From an uncultured Elusimicrobia bacterium (lineage in GTDB: Bacteria > Elusimicrobiota > Elusimicrobia > 2-01-FULL-59-12), in the NCBI GenBank assembly GCA_963702895.1, contig OY969767.1:1792001-1856000 (forward strand): DNA of 64,000 nucleotides, read 5' to 3'. The position numbers were made by a program, and so were the translations under genes. The notes beneath the pieces are model-generated. The model did not search any database, was not told where the DNA came from, and worked only from the letters and a program-made list of their open reading frames with translations. Every line of letters begins with the position of its first letter. Positions within the stretch are counted from its first letter, which is position 1. This document shows positions 29,581 to 38,722 of this stretch, in pieces.

Positions 29581-30037
29581 CCGGCACTCCTCCCGTCTGA
29601 CGCAGCGCTTCGAAGAGAACGACCCCAACCGCTGTCGATAAATTGAGCGATCGCACGGAACCTTCAAGCATGGGAATCCGATAGAGCCGCTGCTCATAGC
29701 GCTGGAGGACCGCGTTGGGGAGCCCGGCCGTTTCACAACCGAAAATCAAATAGCTGTTTTCCGTAAAGTGAGCATCCCAATACCGTCGTTTTGCTTTCTT
29801 CGAAAAGAAGAACAGCTCCGCATCCGGGGGAAGCGTTTTGAGAAATTCGGCCCAATCCGTATGTTGAACCAGTTGCACCCGCTCCCAATAGTCAAGCCCT
29901 GATCTTTTGAGGTAGGGCTGATCCAGCGAAAAACCGAGTTTGCCGACCAGATGAAGCGTGGAACCCGTGGCCAAACAGCTCCGCCCGACATTGCCGGTAT
30001 TTCCCGGGATATCCGGCTCATAGAGCACCACGTGCAT
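29552..30037 (-). CDS. trmL: tRNA (cytidine34-2'-O)-methyltransferase
   Basis: EPDIPGNTGN, RSGLDYW, IFGCETAGL and RSLNLS. Confidence 0.93.
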   Translation of the reverse strand: MHVVLYEPDIPGNTGNVGRSCLATGSTLHLVGKLGFSLDQPYLKRSGLDYWERVQLVQHTDWAEFLKTLPPDAELFFFSKKAKRRYWDAHFTENSYLIFGCETAGLPNAVLQRYEQRLYRIPMLEGSVRSLNLSTAVGVVLFEALRQTGGVPDDPIPAETA

Positions 30038-30045
30038 AGGACCAA

Positions 30046-31350
30046 TTATACCTGCCCCCCAGGCGATTCGTGCTTCGCTGATGGGCTGGCCAGAAGCGCC
30101 GCCAGCCGCGAGGCTGCTCCTGAGAAGTCGTGACGAGCGGCCCATGCCGCTCCGGCTAGTCCCATACGCTTGAGCCAAGGCCGATCCGACAAAAGGCGCC
30201 TGAGGCCCTGCAGGAGGTGCTTTGGAACAGAGGAACGGGAGACCTCAGGCAACATCTCGCCAAACTCCGGCTGGAAGATTTCACACGCCCCATGGGTGTA
30301 AGTGGTCAAGACGGGCAGCCCTGCGCGGAGAGCCTCCATCATCGTTAAACCATAACTTTCATGGATGGATGGGAAGACATAGAGGTCAGCCAGTCTAAAA
30401 AGTGCCTGTTTCTTTGCCCCAGACGTATGGCCTATGAAATGGACGCGGGTTTTTCGAAGTCTTCCCGCCATTTTTTTGAGTTTCTTTTCATAGGACTTTC
30501 CCATCATATAGGCCGCCTCCCCCGAGAGGATCACGGTCACGCCTTCCCGGGGGTAATCCAACTTTTTCTCCCAGAGCGCCAAGGCTTCCAAAAGGCCATG
30601 CTGTCCTTTTTCAGGAGCGATTCGACTGAGCAGGAGAAGGACCGGGGAGCCAGCTCGGAGGTCATACTGATATCGATAGGATTCCATCTCGCGGGTGATG
30701 TCCTCCTCCGGCAGGTTCTCCACCCTGGAGCCCCACGGGATCACGTGCACGCTCTCAGAATGAAGATCCGGATAGCAGGCGAGAAGCACAGACTTCATGC
30801 GCTGGGACGGGACCACGAGCCCCTGGGAATAAGTGACGCTGGCCTCCTGTTTCTTCCAGATGAGTTTGAGCACGTGAGGCATCAGCCACGAAAGCCCGTG
30901 TTGGCTGATCGCTCGATACGCCGCGGTGGTCCACTCGGGCCTCACGAGCCCCCTCAAATAAATTCGCGTGACGTAATCGACGACATCCACATGATAAAGG
31001 GTGAAGAGGGTGTAGCCTTTGCGGGCCAGCGTCTTAAAATCCGGCCCTTCGGACACGTCGTTGCAGAGCACGACCACCTGGCGGGGGTCGTACTGCAGAA
31101 TGGCCTCCGTCACGGCTCGCTCAAACCGGCGGCAAAAGCTTGCGTACTGCAGCGCAGAATAGTGAACGAGGTCTTTGTGCCGCGGAGAGGGGATCCCCAG
31201 GACCTCGGGGCCAAGCATTCGAAACGGAAAAGGCTTGGTTTCGGTCCAGGACTGCGCCAGCGCCTGGCCAATGGCAGCCCCGCCCCCGAGAGGAACCTGA
31301 CCGAGGTCGAAACCGCTGTGCGCCGCTGTGTAGAGAATGGTTTTCACCAC
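30046..31350 (-). CDS. GT4 glycosyltransferase
   Basis: SRIAPEKG and ADLYVFPSIHESYGLTMMEA. Confidence 0.9.
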   Translation of the reverse strand: MVKTILYTAAHSGFDLGQVPLGGGAAIGQALAQSWTETKPFPFRMLGPEVLGIPSPRHKDLVHYSALQYASFCRRFERAVTEAILQYDPRQVVVLCNDVSEGPDFKTLARKGYTLFTLYHVDVVDYVTRIYLRGLVRPEWTTAAYRAISQHGLSWLMPHVLKLIWKKQEASVTYSQGLVVPSQRMKSVLLACYPDLHSESVHVIPWGSRVENLPEEDITREMESYRYQYDLRAGSPVLLLLSRIAPEKGQHGLLEALALWEKKLDYPREGVTVILSGEAAYMMGKSYEKKLKKMAGRLRKTRVHFIGHTSGAKKQALFRLADLYVFPSIHESYGLTMMEALRAGLPVLTTYTHGACEIFQPEFGEMLPEVSRSSVPKHLLQGLRRLLSDRPWLKRMGLAGAAWAARHDFSGAASRLAALLASPSAKHESPGGQV

Positions 31351-31369
31351 AACATGTTATTATACGCGC

Positions 31370-32008
31370 ATGAAATGGCTGGATTTCCTCGAGCGCCGCG
31401 TGCCGTTTCTCACGATTCCCCAGTTCCCGCTTTTTCTTGCGACAGCCAATGGTGTCTGCTACTTCTTGACCCAGGCCCAGCCGGAATTTGTGAGCAAGCT
31501 CACACTGTCCCCCACGGCCATCCGCGCGGGCGAATGGTGGAGAGTGCTGAGCTTTCTCTTCGTACCCCCGCTGATCCATCCGATTCTTCTTATCTTCTGG
31601 CTTTTTCTCCTCTATCAGTTCGCGCAATCTCTGGAAAACGCCTGGGGAGAATTCCGTTTTTTCTTTTTTTATCTCTTTGGCGCGGTGGTGACGGCGGCGG
31701 CCTCTGTTTTGATCTTGAACGGCCCGATCGGGAACGCTTACTTGAACACCACGCTCTTCTTGGCTTTTGCGACGCTCTTCCCGGATTACGAACTCCTTCT
31801 TTTCTTCTTCTTGCCCATCAGGATCAAATACCTTGCCTATCTGACCTGGTTGATGACGATCACCGCTTTTCTCTTGGGCAGCATGACGGACCGCGTGGCC
31901 ATCAGCGCCTCACTGGCCAATTATTTTCTTTTCTTTGGCTCGAGCCTCTGGCGAGTGGTGGTCCTTCGGTGGGGTATCTACAAGAACCGACGACGACTCA
32001 AGCGTTAA
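31370..32008 (+). CDS. Rhomboid-like membrane protein
   Basis: GEWWRVLSFLFVPP, LENAWG and PIRIKYLA. Confidence 0.75.
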   Translation: MKWLDFLERRVPFLTIPQFPLFLATANGVCYFLTQAQPEFVSKLTLSPTAIRAGEWWRVLSFLFVPPLIHPILLIFWLFLLYQFAQSLENAWGEFRFFFFYLFGAVVTAAASVLILNGPIGNAYLNTTLFLAFATLFPDYELLLFFFLPIRIKYLAYLTWLMTITAFLLGSMTDRVAISASLANYFLFFGSSLWRVVVLRWGIYKNRRRLKR

Positions 32009-32259
32009 ATATCCCTGAGAACGTCCTTCGCGTTTTGCGCCAAAAAGAAGATGAGACCTGCCACGGCGATGGCGACAATCACTAAAATGGTCCAGTTGAA
32101 TTCTGAGCTGGTCGCCTGCGCGATCGCATCGTATTTGGTGAGATTACCGCTGGCGATATTGTTCTCCCGCTCTTTCCACTTACTAAAAAACACACCGCAT
32201 TTCGGGCATTCTTGATCGCTCTCGCTGACCATGGTCTGACACTGCGGGCAAGTTTCCAT
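32005..32259 (-). CDS. Small zinc-ribbon membrane protein
   Basis: CPQC..CPKCG plus a C-terminal TM helix. Confidence 0.7.
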   Translation of the reverse strand: METCPQCQTMVSESDQECPKCGVFFSKWKERENNIASGNLTKYDAIAQATSSEFNWTILVIVAIAVAGLIFFLAQNAKDVLRDI

Positions 32260-32298
32260 GCCTAGAACTTACCAAACTTCGGCGCAGTTCGCAATCCT

Positions 32299-33123
32299 TC
32301 AGACACGACGTCGCGCCTCGTCCAGCTCATGGACAACGGATTCAGGGACTGAAACGCACGCCAATGCGGAGCGCTGCGTCCTGGGCCCGTGAAAATCCGA
32401 GCCCCCGGTCGCAATCAGCCGAAGATCTTGGGCCACCTCGAGGTAGCGTTTGATGAGCCCTGAGGAATGCTCTGGATAGTAGATTTCCACCCCCATGAGC
32501 CCCAGCTGAGCCAGTCGCCCGAAGAGCTCAGGCGTCGTGTAATAGGAGGGATGCGCCAGGACGGGTATGCCTTTGGCGGACTTGATGAGACGGATGCATT
32601 CCTCGGCGCTGGGCCCGGTGCCTGGGATATAAGCGGGTCCATCCTTCTTTAAGAAGCGCTCAAAGGCCTCTTTTCTCGTTTTGACATACCCTTTTTCGAC
32701 CATGGCGTCCGCCAAGTGCGGCCGGCCGACCGCCCCTCCCGCCGCAAGCGCCCTCACACGCTCATCGTCGATGTCCATCCCCAGAGCCTTGACTTTTTCA
32801 ATCATGGCCGCAATCCGGCCAAGACGATTCTCCCGCAGCTTGGCCAAGGCCGACTGCAAGGCACCATCGGAGACATCGATGAAATAACCCAGCAGGTGGC
32901 AAGCCAGCTCGCCCTCGGCGCTCAATTCGATGCCTGGGATGATACGGATTTCAGGGTGTGAAGCCTCGAGCCCTGAAATCGCGCTCAGCCCTTCCGTGGA
33001 ATCATGGTCGGTGATGGCAAGCACCTTGATGTGGAGCTCAAGGGCTTTGGAAAAAAGGCCCTCGGGACGCAGGGTGCCGTCCGAGGCGGTGGTATGGGTG
33101 TGAAGGTCGATCGAGCTTGGCAA
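32299..33123 (-). CDS. PHP-domain phosphoesterase
   Basis: DLHTHTTASDG, ITDHD, GRPH, LAHP and GGSDFHG. Confidence 0.92.
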   Translation of the reverse strand: MPSSIDLHTHTTASDGTLRPEGLFSKALELHIKVLAITDHDSTEGLSAISGLEASHPEIRIIPGIELSAEGELACHLLGYFIDVSDGALQSALAKLRENRLGRIAAMIEKVKALGMDIDDERVRALAAGGAVGRPHLADAMVEKGYVKTRKEAFERFLKKDGPAYIPGTGPSAEECIRLIKSAKGIPVLAHPSYYTTPELFGRLAQLGLMGVEIYYPEHSSGLIKRYLEVAQDLRLIATGGSDFHGPRTQRSALACVSVPESVVHELDEARRRV

Positions 33124-33135
33124 TCGGGAAAGGGG

Positions 33136-33687
33136 CTACTCTACGGACACAGAAGGGGTCTCGTTACGGGACTGGCAACCGATGCAGTACCGAGCCCAGG
33201 GCATGACTTCCAGACGCAATCGAGGAATGGCCTTCTGACAGGATTCGCAGCGGCCATAAACACCCTTCTCAATTTTTCGAAGCGCGGCCTCGACGCGATC
33301 CAGGGTCTGCTTTTCCGAATCCGCGATATCGAAGAGCAGCTCTTTTTCAACGGAACGCGTCGCGATGTCCGCCTCATCGCCAATTTCCGGCTCTTCCTGC
33401 TGAAACTCCTGTTCGGCCTTCTTCCGATGGACGATTTCGGAGAGTTCTTCTTGCTTTTCCAAGAGCATGTCGCGAAATTTTTGGATCTCGGAGGAAGAAA
33501 GGGGTCTTTCTTCGACCGCGCGCTCACGCCTGGGCGTCGGGGCCTTTTTGGTGATGATAATCAAGGGCTTTGCTTTCTTGCGCGCGGAAGCGCGTTTCTT
33601 TTTCGACGCCTTCACCCGTTTCGCTTTCGGCCGCGAAGATGATTTTGCCTTGTGGACGCGCCGGGTCTTCACTTTTTTCTTTTTCAT
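33136..33687 (-). CDS. dksA: DksA/TraR C4 zinc-finger protein with a Lys/Arg-rich N-terminal tail
   Basis: GDEADIA (DxxDxA) and YGRCESC..I..RL..P..YCIGC. Confidence 0.85.
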   Translation of the reverse strand: MKKKKVKTRRVHKAKSSSRPKAKRVKASKKKRASARKKAKPLIIITKKAPTPRRERAVEERPLSSSEIQKFRDMLLEKQEELSEIVHRKKAEQEFQQEEPEIGDEADIATRSVEKELLFDIADSEKQTLDRVEAALRKIEKGVYGRCESCQKAIPRLRLEVMPWARYCIGCQSRNETPSVSVE

Positions 33688-33737
33688 GAGGTGATAAATT
33701 ACACGATTGCCAAGGCGGAAGTCAACCACTCTTTCAT

Positions 33738-35195
33738 TTAGCGGGTGGCGACCACTTTGATTGTGCGAAGTTCCTCGGTTTCTTGGCCGCTGATTCGGAT
33801 GTCCTTTCCAGCCAAATCCATAATAAATTCGACGATTTCCTGGGTGATGCGCTCGCCCGGGATCAGCACGGGGATCCCTGGCGGGTAAGGCGTGAGGGTC
33901 TGCGCGCAGATATGACCTGCGGCGCGCGACAAAGGAACGCGCTTGGTGCGCTGCGCGAGAAAAACGTCCCGCGGCGTCATCGCCATTTCGGTCGAAAGGG
34001 AGGGAAGCTGCAAGACCCAGTTTTTCTCATGCCCTGGTTCTTTTTTGTCCAGATCTTCCAGGGCCGCGATCAAGCGTTCGACGTCCTTGCGGGTCGTGCC
34101 AACCCCCATGATGGCGATGAGATTAAAAATGTCCGCGCAATCGACCTGGATCCCATATTCCTTGGCGAGGATCTCTTCGACATCATGACCGGCGAGGCCC
34201 GTCCGGGTCACATTGATAGAGAGCTTGGTGACATCCAGGTCGTAGCCCTTGGCTCGGATTTCCCCTTGCGTGATGCAATAGAAGCGCTGCAGGCGGTTAA
34301 TTCGCTCGCGCGCGTCTTCCGCCAGGCGCATGATGCGCGAGAAGATTTTTTTGCCTTGAAAGAACACCTGCCGGCGCGCTGCGTCCAGCGAAGCCATGAT
34401 GAAATAGTTGGGACTGGTGGTCTGGAGGAGCGAAAGAATCTTGCGGACCCGGCTGATATCGACTTGGTCCGAATTCACATGCAGCACGGACCCCTGGGAG
34501 AGGGCCGAAAGTATTTTGTGCGTGGATTGCACGCAAAGATCAGCCCCCGCCTCGATGGCCGAGATGGGCAGGTCGGGATGGAATTTCAGGTGGGGCCCAT
34601 GGGCCTCATCCACCAACAAGAGCTTCCCGCGCGCGTGGCAGAGCTCGGCGATTTTCTTCAGGTCGGTTGTAATACCGTGATAGGTCGGGCTGGTGACAAA
34701 CACAGCCTTGGCTTCGGGGAACTGCTGGAGGGCCTGTTCAATCTGCGCGGCGTCCGAATCAAAGATCACGTCCAAATGCTGGTCGATCTTGGGCTGGATC
34801 CAGATGGGCCACACCCCCGACATAATGATGCCCGAGAGCGTTGACTTATGAGCGTTGCGAGAGACAATAACAGAATCCCCCGGAAGGCAGCCGGCCATGA
34901 GCATGGCCATGTTGCCGACGGAGGAGCCGTTCACAAGGAATTGGGAGTACTTGACGCCGTAGGCGGCCGCCATGAGTTGCTGGGCTTTTTTGATGGGCCC
35001 CACAGGATCGTGCAGGGAATCCACCTCAGGAAAAACGGTGACGTCGAGCTTGTAGACATTTCGGCCGGTGAAACTTCTTAAACGCTTGTCGATGCCTTGG
35101 CCGTTCTTATGCCCCGGCGTATGAAAGGACGTCACCCCGCGGCGCGCGCGGGCCAGCAAAATGTCCATGAGGGGCGTGCGTTCCTGGTTTTTCAT
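33738..35195 (-). CDS. PLP-dependent Arg/Lys/Orn decarboxylase (likely arginine decarboxylase)
   Basis: FHTPGHK, VNGSS, RNAHKS, DEAHG, QSTHK, TTSP and YPPGIP. Confidence 0.9.
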   Translation of the reverse strand: MKNQERTPLMDILLARARRGVTSFHTPGHKNGQGIDKRLRSFTGRNVYKLDVTVFPEVDSLHDPVGPIKKAQQLMAAAYGVKYSQFLVNGSSVGNMAMLMAGCLPGDSVIVSRNAHKSTLSGIIMSGVWPIWIQPKIDQHLDVIFDSDAAQIEQALQQFPEAKAVFVTSPTYHGITTDLKKIAELCHARGKLLLVDEAHGPHLKFHPDLPISAIEAGADLCVQSTHKILSALSQGSVLHVNSDQVDISRVRKILSLLQTTSPNYFIMASLDAARRQVFFQGKKIFSRIMRLAEDARERINRLQRFYCITQGEIRAKGYDLDVTKLSINVTRTGLAGHDVEEILAKEYGIQVDCADIFNLIAIMGVGTTRKDVERLIAALEDLDKKEPGHEKNWVLQLPSLSTEMAMTPRDVFLAQRTKRVPLSRAAGHICAQTLTPYPPGIPVLIPGERITQEIVEFIMDLAGKDIRISGQETEELRTIKVVATR

Positions 35196-35373
35196 TTTCC
35201 TCTCGGCAAGTGAGGTCTTCACAAGGCTTCCCTCCGCCTGTCCCTCATCACGCCCCAGCGATCGGGCGGGTGCTTTCGGGCCGAAGCGAATCTAACGAAG
35301 GGACATCATACTTTTCCACGGACCGCATGGCGTAAGTTTTTGTGGGAGCCGATGCAGGAAATCTTTAGGGGCC

Positions 35374-35562
35374 CTTGCCGTGGGGGAGGGAGGCGACTCA
35401 CTCCGGCGCTCCCGGACACCCCGGCTGGGTGGATCGCGCAGCCTGCGGAACTCGCCTCTTCCCTGTACATCAAAGGTCGAGGCTCAACCATCCTCGGCTG
35501 GACGCGCTCACCACCCGGCCGCCGTCCGCGAGTCGTTCGCTGCCTCCCTCCCCCACGGCAAG
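35374..35562 (-). ncRNA. Unclassified structured RNA, copy 1
   Basis: Perfect 21-bp closing stem and nested helices. Core shared with copy 2; TAAAAT directly upstream on the minus strand. Confidence 0.6.
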
Positions 35563-35592
35563 AGATTTTAATGCTATCAAGATGGAGTTGCA

Positions 35593-35824
35593 CCTCTTCC
35601 CCTGGAGCGGGAGCCTGGCAAGCGACTCGAAATTTCAAGCGTTTTGGCGAGGGCGAGTCCAGCCGAGGACTGTTTGAGGACCCACCGCTGCCCTTGTGGG
35701 AGAGGGTCCGAGTTCCGCAGGCTGCCCGAAGCCAAAACGCTGCCCCTCCGTGACCCTGCAGGGCTTGGGCCATGGAGGGGGAAATTTCGCTGGAGCGAGC
35801 AGGCTCCTGCTCCAGGGAAAGAGG
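35593..35824 (+). ncRNA. Unclassified structured RNA, copy 2
   Basis: 25-bp closing stem with a G-U pair and nested helices. Shares GTCCAGCCGAGGA and CGAGTTCCGCAGGCTGC with copy 1. Confidence 0.6.
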
Positions 35825-35873
35825 AGAAAACCTACCCTCAAAGATTTCCTGCTACTTGTAAGAGCGCTTGTCT

Positions 35874-37859
35874 TTACCCCCAGAGCCGCAAGGAAGCGCC
35901 GCCAAAATACGTGCGTCCTGGCAGTGGATACCCCGAACGCTCGTGGTAGCGCTTGTCGGTGATGTTGTTGACGCCAAGATAGAACTCCAGCTGCCTCACT
36001 TGATAACCCAAACGCATGTCCCAGAGGAAGTGGTCTTCCAGTTTGTCGCCGCTTTCATCGTTTCCTTCGTAGCTGGCCGAGACATAACGAAGGTTGTTAT
36101 CCACCGTCCAATGCGAGTCGGGCTTCCAGGTGAGGAGGTCGTTGACCGTGTGATGAGGGCTCAAGCGAAGCGTCACGTAATCCTCGTACCCTTGGGGGAT
36201 GCCTTGATTGTCCAGATAGGTGTAGTTGACGCTATGCCGAAGGCCTGGCCCGGCGAAGTGAGCCACCTCAAATTCACCCCCCTGGCGTCTGGCGGTGCCG
36301 ACATTGACCGTCGTGTACGTCGGGCCTATGGTTGTCTGAATGAGATCGGTGACGTTCGCCCGGAAATAGGTCACTTTGACGCTCGCGGAATCTTCATGCA
36401 GCTCGAACCCCGCGTCGTAGGTCCAGGCTTCCTCTGGATTTAGGTTGGGGTTGCCTTGATAACTGAACCCATATCCAAAATCCGTGAAGGGCGTGTACAA
36501 ATCGTCGATGGTGGGCGCGCGGAAGGATTGGGCCGCGGAACCAGAAAGACGGAGCCAGGGGGTCGCATCGGCGATGGCAAGGAGGCGCGGGCTGGTGGAC
36601 TCCCCCGCCTGACTATGATGATCGTAGCGGAGGCTGGGGATCAAGGTGAGTTTCTTCCATGGCAGGGTGTCTTGGAGAAATACCCCCCAATTCTCGACCG
36701 AGGCGATAAAATTATTGGCAGGCGTCGTGTGGTCCTGGCTGTCCAACCGATCGCGGATAAAAGTACCTCCCACCATGAAGCCCATGGGCAAATCCACCTG
36801 AAGCTCGCCGCCCTTGCTTTGCTCATCACGGTCCGTATCAATGGAATAGTCGGGGTCCTTGTAGGCGACCTCGCGCTCGGAGCCGAAGAGTCGCAAGGCC
36901 GCCAAGCTGTTCATGGGGAGCGGCAGGAGATACGAGGTTCTCAGGTATCGCGAGTCCGTGATTTGTCGCGCGTTGGGGCTGGCGGCTTGTTTCTCCGTTT
37001 CGCCGTCATATTGATTGACCGGAAGATCGGGATAGATTTGGCCCGGGGAGCCCGCGTTGTTGTGATAGGAGGCGACATCAAGGAGGACTTTGCCGCCCTT
37101 GCCCATGGAGAACCCCGCGTTTCCTCCTAGATTGAAGGCTTTCGCGTCCGAATTATCGCGGAATCCGCTTTCCCGCTGCTGATTTCCGAAGAAGTAATAA
37201 TCCAGCGGGCCGATACGGGAACCGGCGTTGAGTCGATAGACGTCCCCGCCGAAGGAGCGGAGCTCATATCCAAAATGGGCGATCGGAAAACCCACGTGCG
37301 TCGAACGTTTGGAAATGACGTTGATCACGCCCCCCACGGCATTGGGTCCGTACAAGGCGGAGGCCCCGCCACGCACTATTTCAATCCGGTCGATCTGCTC
37401 GAGGGGTATTTCCGAGAGGTCCTGGCTCCCGCTTAAGCCCACGCCGCCGACAGGTCGACCGTCGAGAAGAACGAGGGTTTGATTGCTGGTCGCGCCGCGA
37501 ATCCCGGCGAGCCGGAAGGACCCCAGCCCGCCCTGATCTTTGAGTTGGACGCTGGTTTGCCGCGTGATGGCGTCCCCCGCGTTTTGAGCGTCGAAGCCGC
37601 GGAAGAGCTCGGGTGTTACGGTCGCCGCGTAGCTCGGCAAGGCTTCGCGGCCATAGGAACTTCGGGTGAGCGTGAGAAACACACCGGCCGATGAGGCATC
37701 GGTCATGGCTTGGGGGGCCTGCACCGAAACGGACTCTCCGGTGAGCGCGGCGCTCGTGGAGAGCACGGGCGCCTCTTCCGCACAGACGGACGAAGCGCAG
37801 GCCAGGAGGAAAAGCGCCACACGTATGCCTTCAGGAAAGGCGCGCTGAGGGTGGTTCAT
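35874..37859 (-). CDS. btuB: TonB-dependent cobalamin receptor
   Basis: Plug motifs IRG..QTLVLLDG and IDRIEIVRG.ASALYG, FRAPT, NPNL.PE, GRTY; B12 riboswitch upstream. Confidence 0.88.
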   Translation of the reverse strand: MNHPQRAFPEGIRVALFLLACASSVCAEEAPVLSTSAALTGESVSVQAPQAMTDASSAGVFLTLTRSSYGREALPSYAATVTPELFRGFDAQNAGDAITRQTSVQLKDQGGLGSFRLAGIRGATSNQTLVLLDGRPVGGVGLSGSQDLSEIPLEQIDRIEIVRGGASALYGPNAVGGVINVISKRSTHVGFPIAHFGYELRSFGGDVYRLNAGSRIGPLDYYFFGNQQRESGFRDNSDAKAFNLGGNAGFSMGKGGKVLLDVASYHNNAGSPGQIYPDLPVNQYDGETEKQAASPNARQITDSRYLRTSYLLPLPMNSLAALRLFGSEREVAYKDPDYSIDTDRDEQSKGGELQVDLPMGFMVGGTFIRDRLDSQDHTTPANNFIASVENWGVFLQDTLPWKKLTLIPSLRYDHHSQAGESTSPRLLAIADATPWLRLSGSAAQSFRAPTIDDLYTPFTDFGYGFSYQGNPNLNPEEAWTYDAGFELHEDSASVKVTYFRANVTDLIQTTIGPTYTTVNVGTARRQGGEFEVAHFAGPGLRHSVNYTYLDNQGIPQGYEDYVTLRLSPHHTVNDLLTWKPDSHWTVDNNLRYVSASYEGNDESGDKLEDHFLWDMRLGYQVRQLEFYLGVNNITDKRYHERSGYPLPGRTYFGGASLRLWG

Positions 37860-38004
37860 GATGAGGTCCTTTCTCAAAATCGTTACGAATAAAAAATCCC
37901 ATTCCAACGCGTAAGAGGAATGGGACGCACCCTTCATGGACATACGAAGCAAGTCCGGTCCACCCAACCTTCCCGCGAAGGCCCTTACGTTATGGTGATC
38001 CATA

Positions 38005-38090
38005 GTAGATCGGGCTTTTACCGTTGCGGGGCAGTCCCGGAATTCCACCGGAGTTCCATATCCGCCATGAGTCGGGCGGACGAGCCCTCT
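38005..38090 (-). promoter_or_regulatory. Cobalamin riboswitch (short form)
   Basis: ATATGGAACTCCGGTGGAATTCCGGGACTGCCCCGCAACGGTAAAAGCCCGA matches the B12-element core. Confidence 0.9.
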
Positions 38091-38191
38091 CTCTCAACAA
38101 GAAGGCACTATGGATCACAAATAAAGAACTGGCTGGATTATACCCTTGCGTTGACTTAACGTGTCAACCTGAAATTTGTAAAATGCAGCCT

Positions 38192-38710
38192 ATGAATACA
38201 AAAACGATTTCTCTTGTTGGGCTCATACTCTTGGCCGCTGTCCTTCGCCTGCTGCCTCACCCGTGGAATTTTTCACCCATCGCCGCGATGGCGCTCTTGG
38301 GAGGCGCGTCTTTGCGGACCCGAAGCGGTGCGCTGCTCGTCCCCCTGGCGGCTCTTTTCTTGAGTGATTGGGTCCTGGGCTTCTATCCCACGATGTTCGT
38401 CACTTACGCGGCCTTCGCCGCCGTGGTCATGATCGGAAGGCTCCTGAGCGACCAAGCCAAGGCGCCCAAGATTTTCCTCGCCTCCATGGCCGGCTCCATC
38501 ACTTTTTATGTGCTCAGCAATTTCGGAGTCTGGCTCTGGGATGGGCTCTATCCCCTGAACACGCAGGGCCTCGTCGCCTGCTACACCGCGGCGCTGCCCT
38601 TTTTCCAGGGGACGCTGGCTGGCGATCTGTTTTATGCCGCCGTGCTTTTTGGCGCGTTTCGTTTCGCGCAGGCCCGCTTCCCCGCCCTCCAACAGGCCTC
38701 GTCCATTTAG
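38192..38710 (+). CDS. DUF6580-like putative vitamin transporter (S-component-like)
   Basis: RLLPHPWNFSPIAAMAL, SNFGVW and CYTAALPF. Confidence 0.75.
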   Translation: MNTKTISLVGLILLAAVLRLLPHPWNFSPIAAMALLGGASLRTRSGALLVPLAALFLSDWVLGFYPTMFVTYAAFAAVVMIGRLLSDQAKAPKIFLASMAGSITFYVLSNFGVWLWDGLYPLNTQGLVACYTAALPFFQGTLAGDLFYAAVLFGAFRFAQARFPALQQASSI

Positions 38711-38722
38711 CACCCAATTTCG

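Noticed and set aside
35240..35310. Riboswitch directly upstream of the decarboxylase
   Set aside because: A gtccct/agggac closing stem exists but begins right after a TATGAT box, and no known aptamer motif was recognised; too weak to call.
35374..35824. 6S RNA or SRP RNA
   Set aside because: No SRP helix-8 GNRA/AGCAG motif and no clear central 6S bubble; left unclassified pending Rfam.
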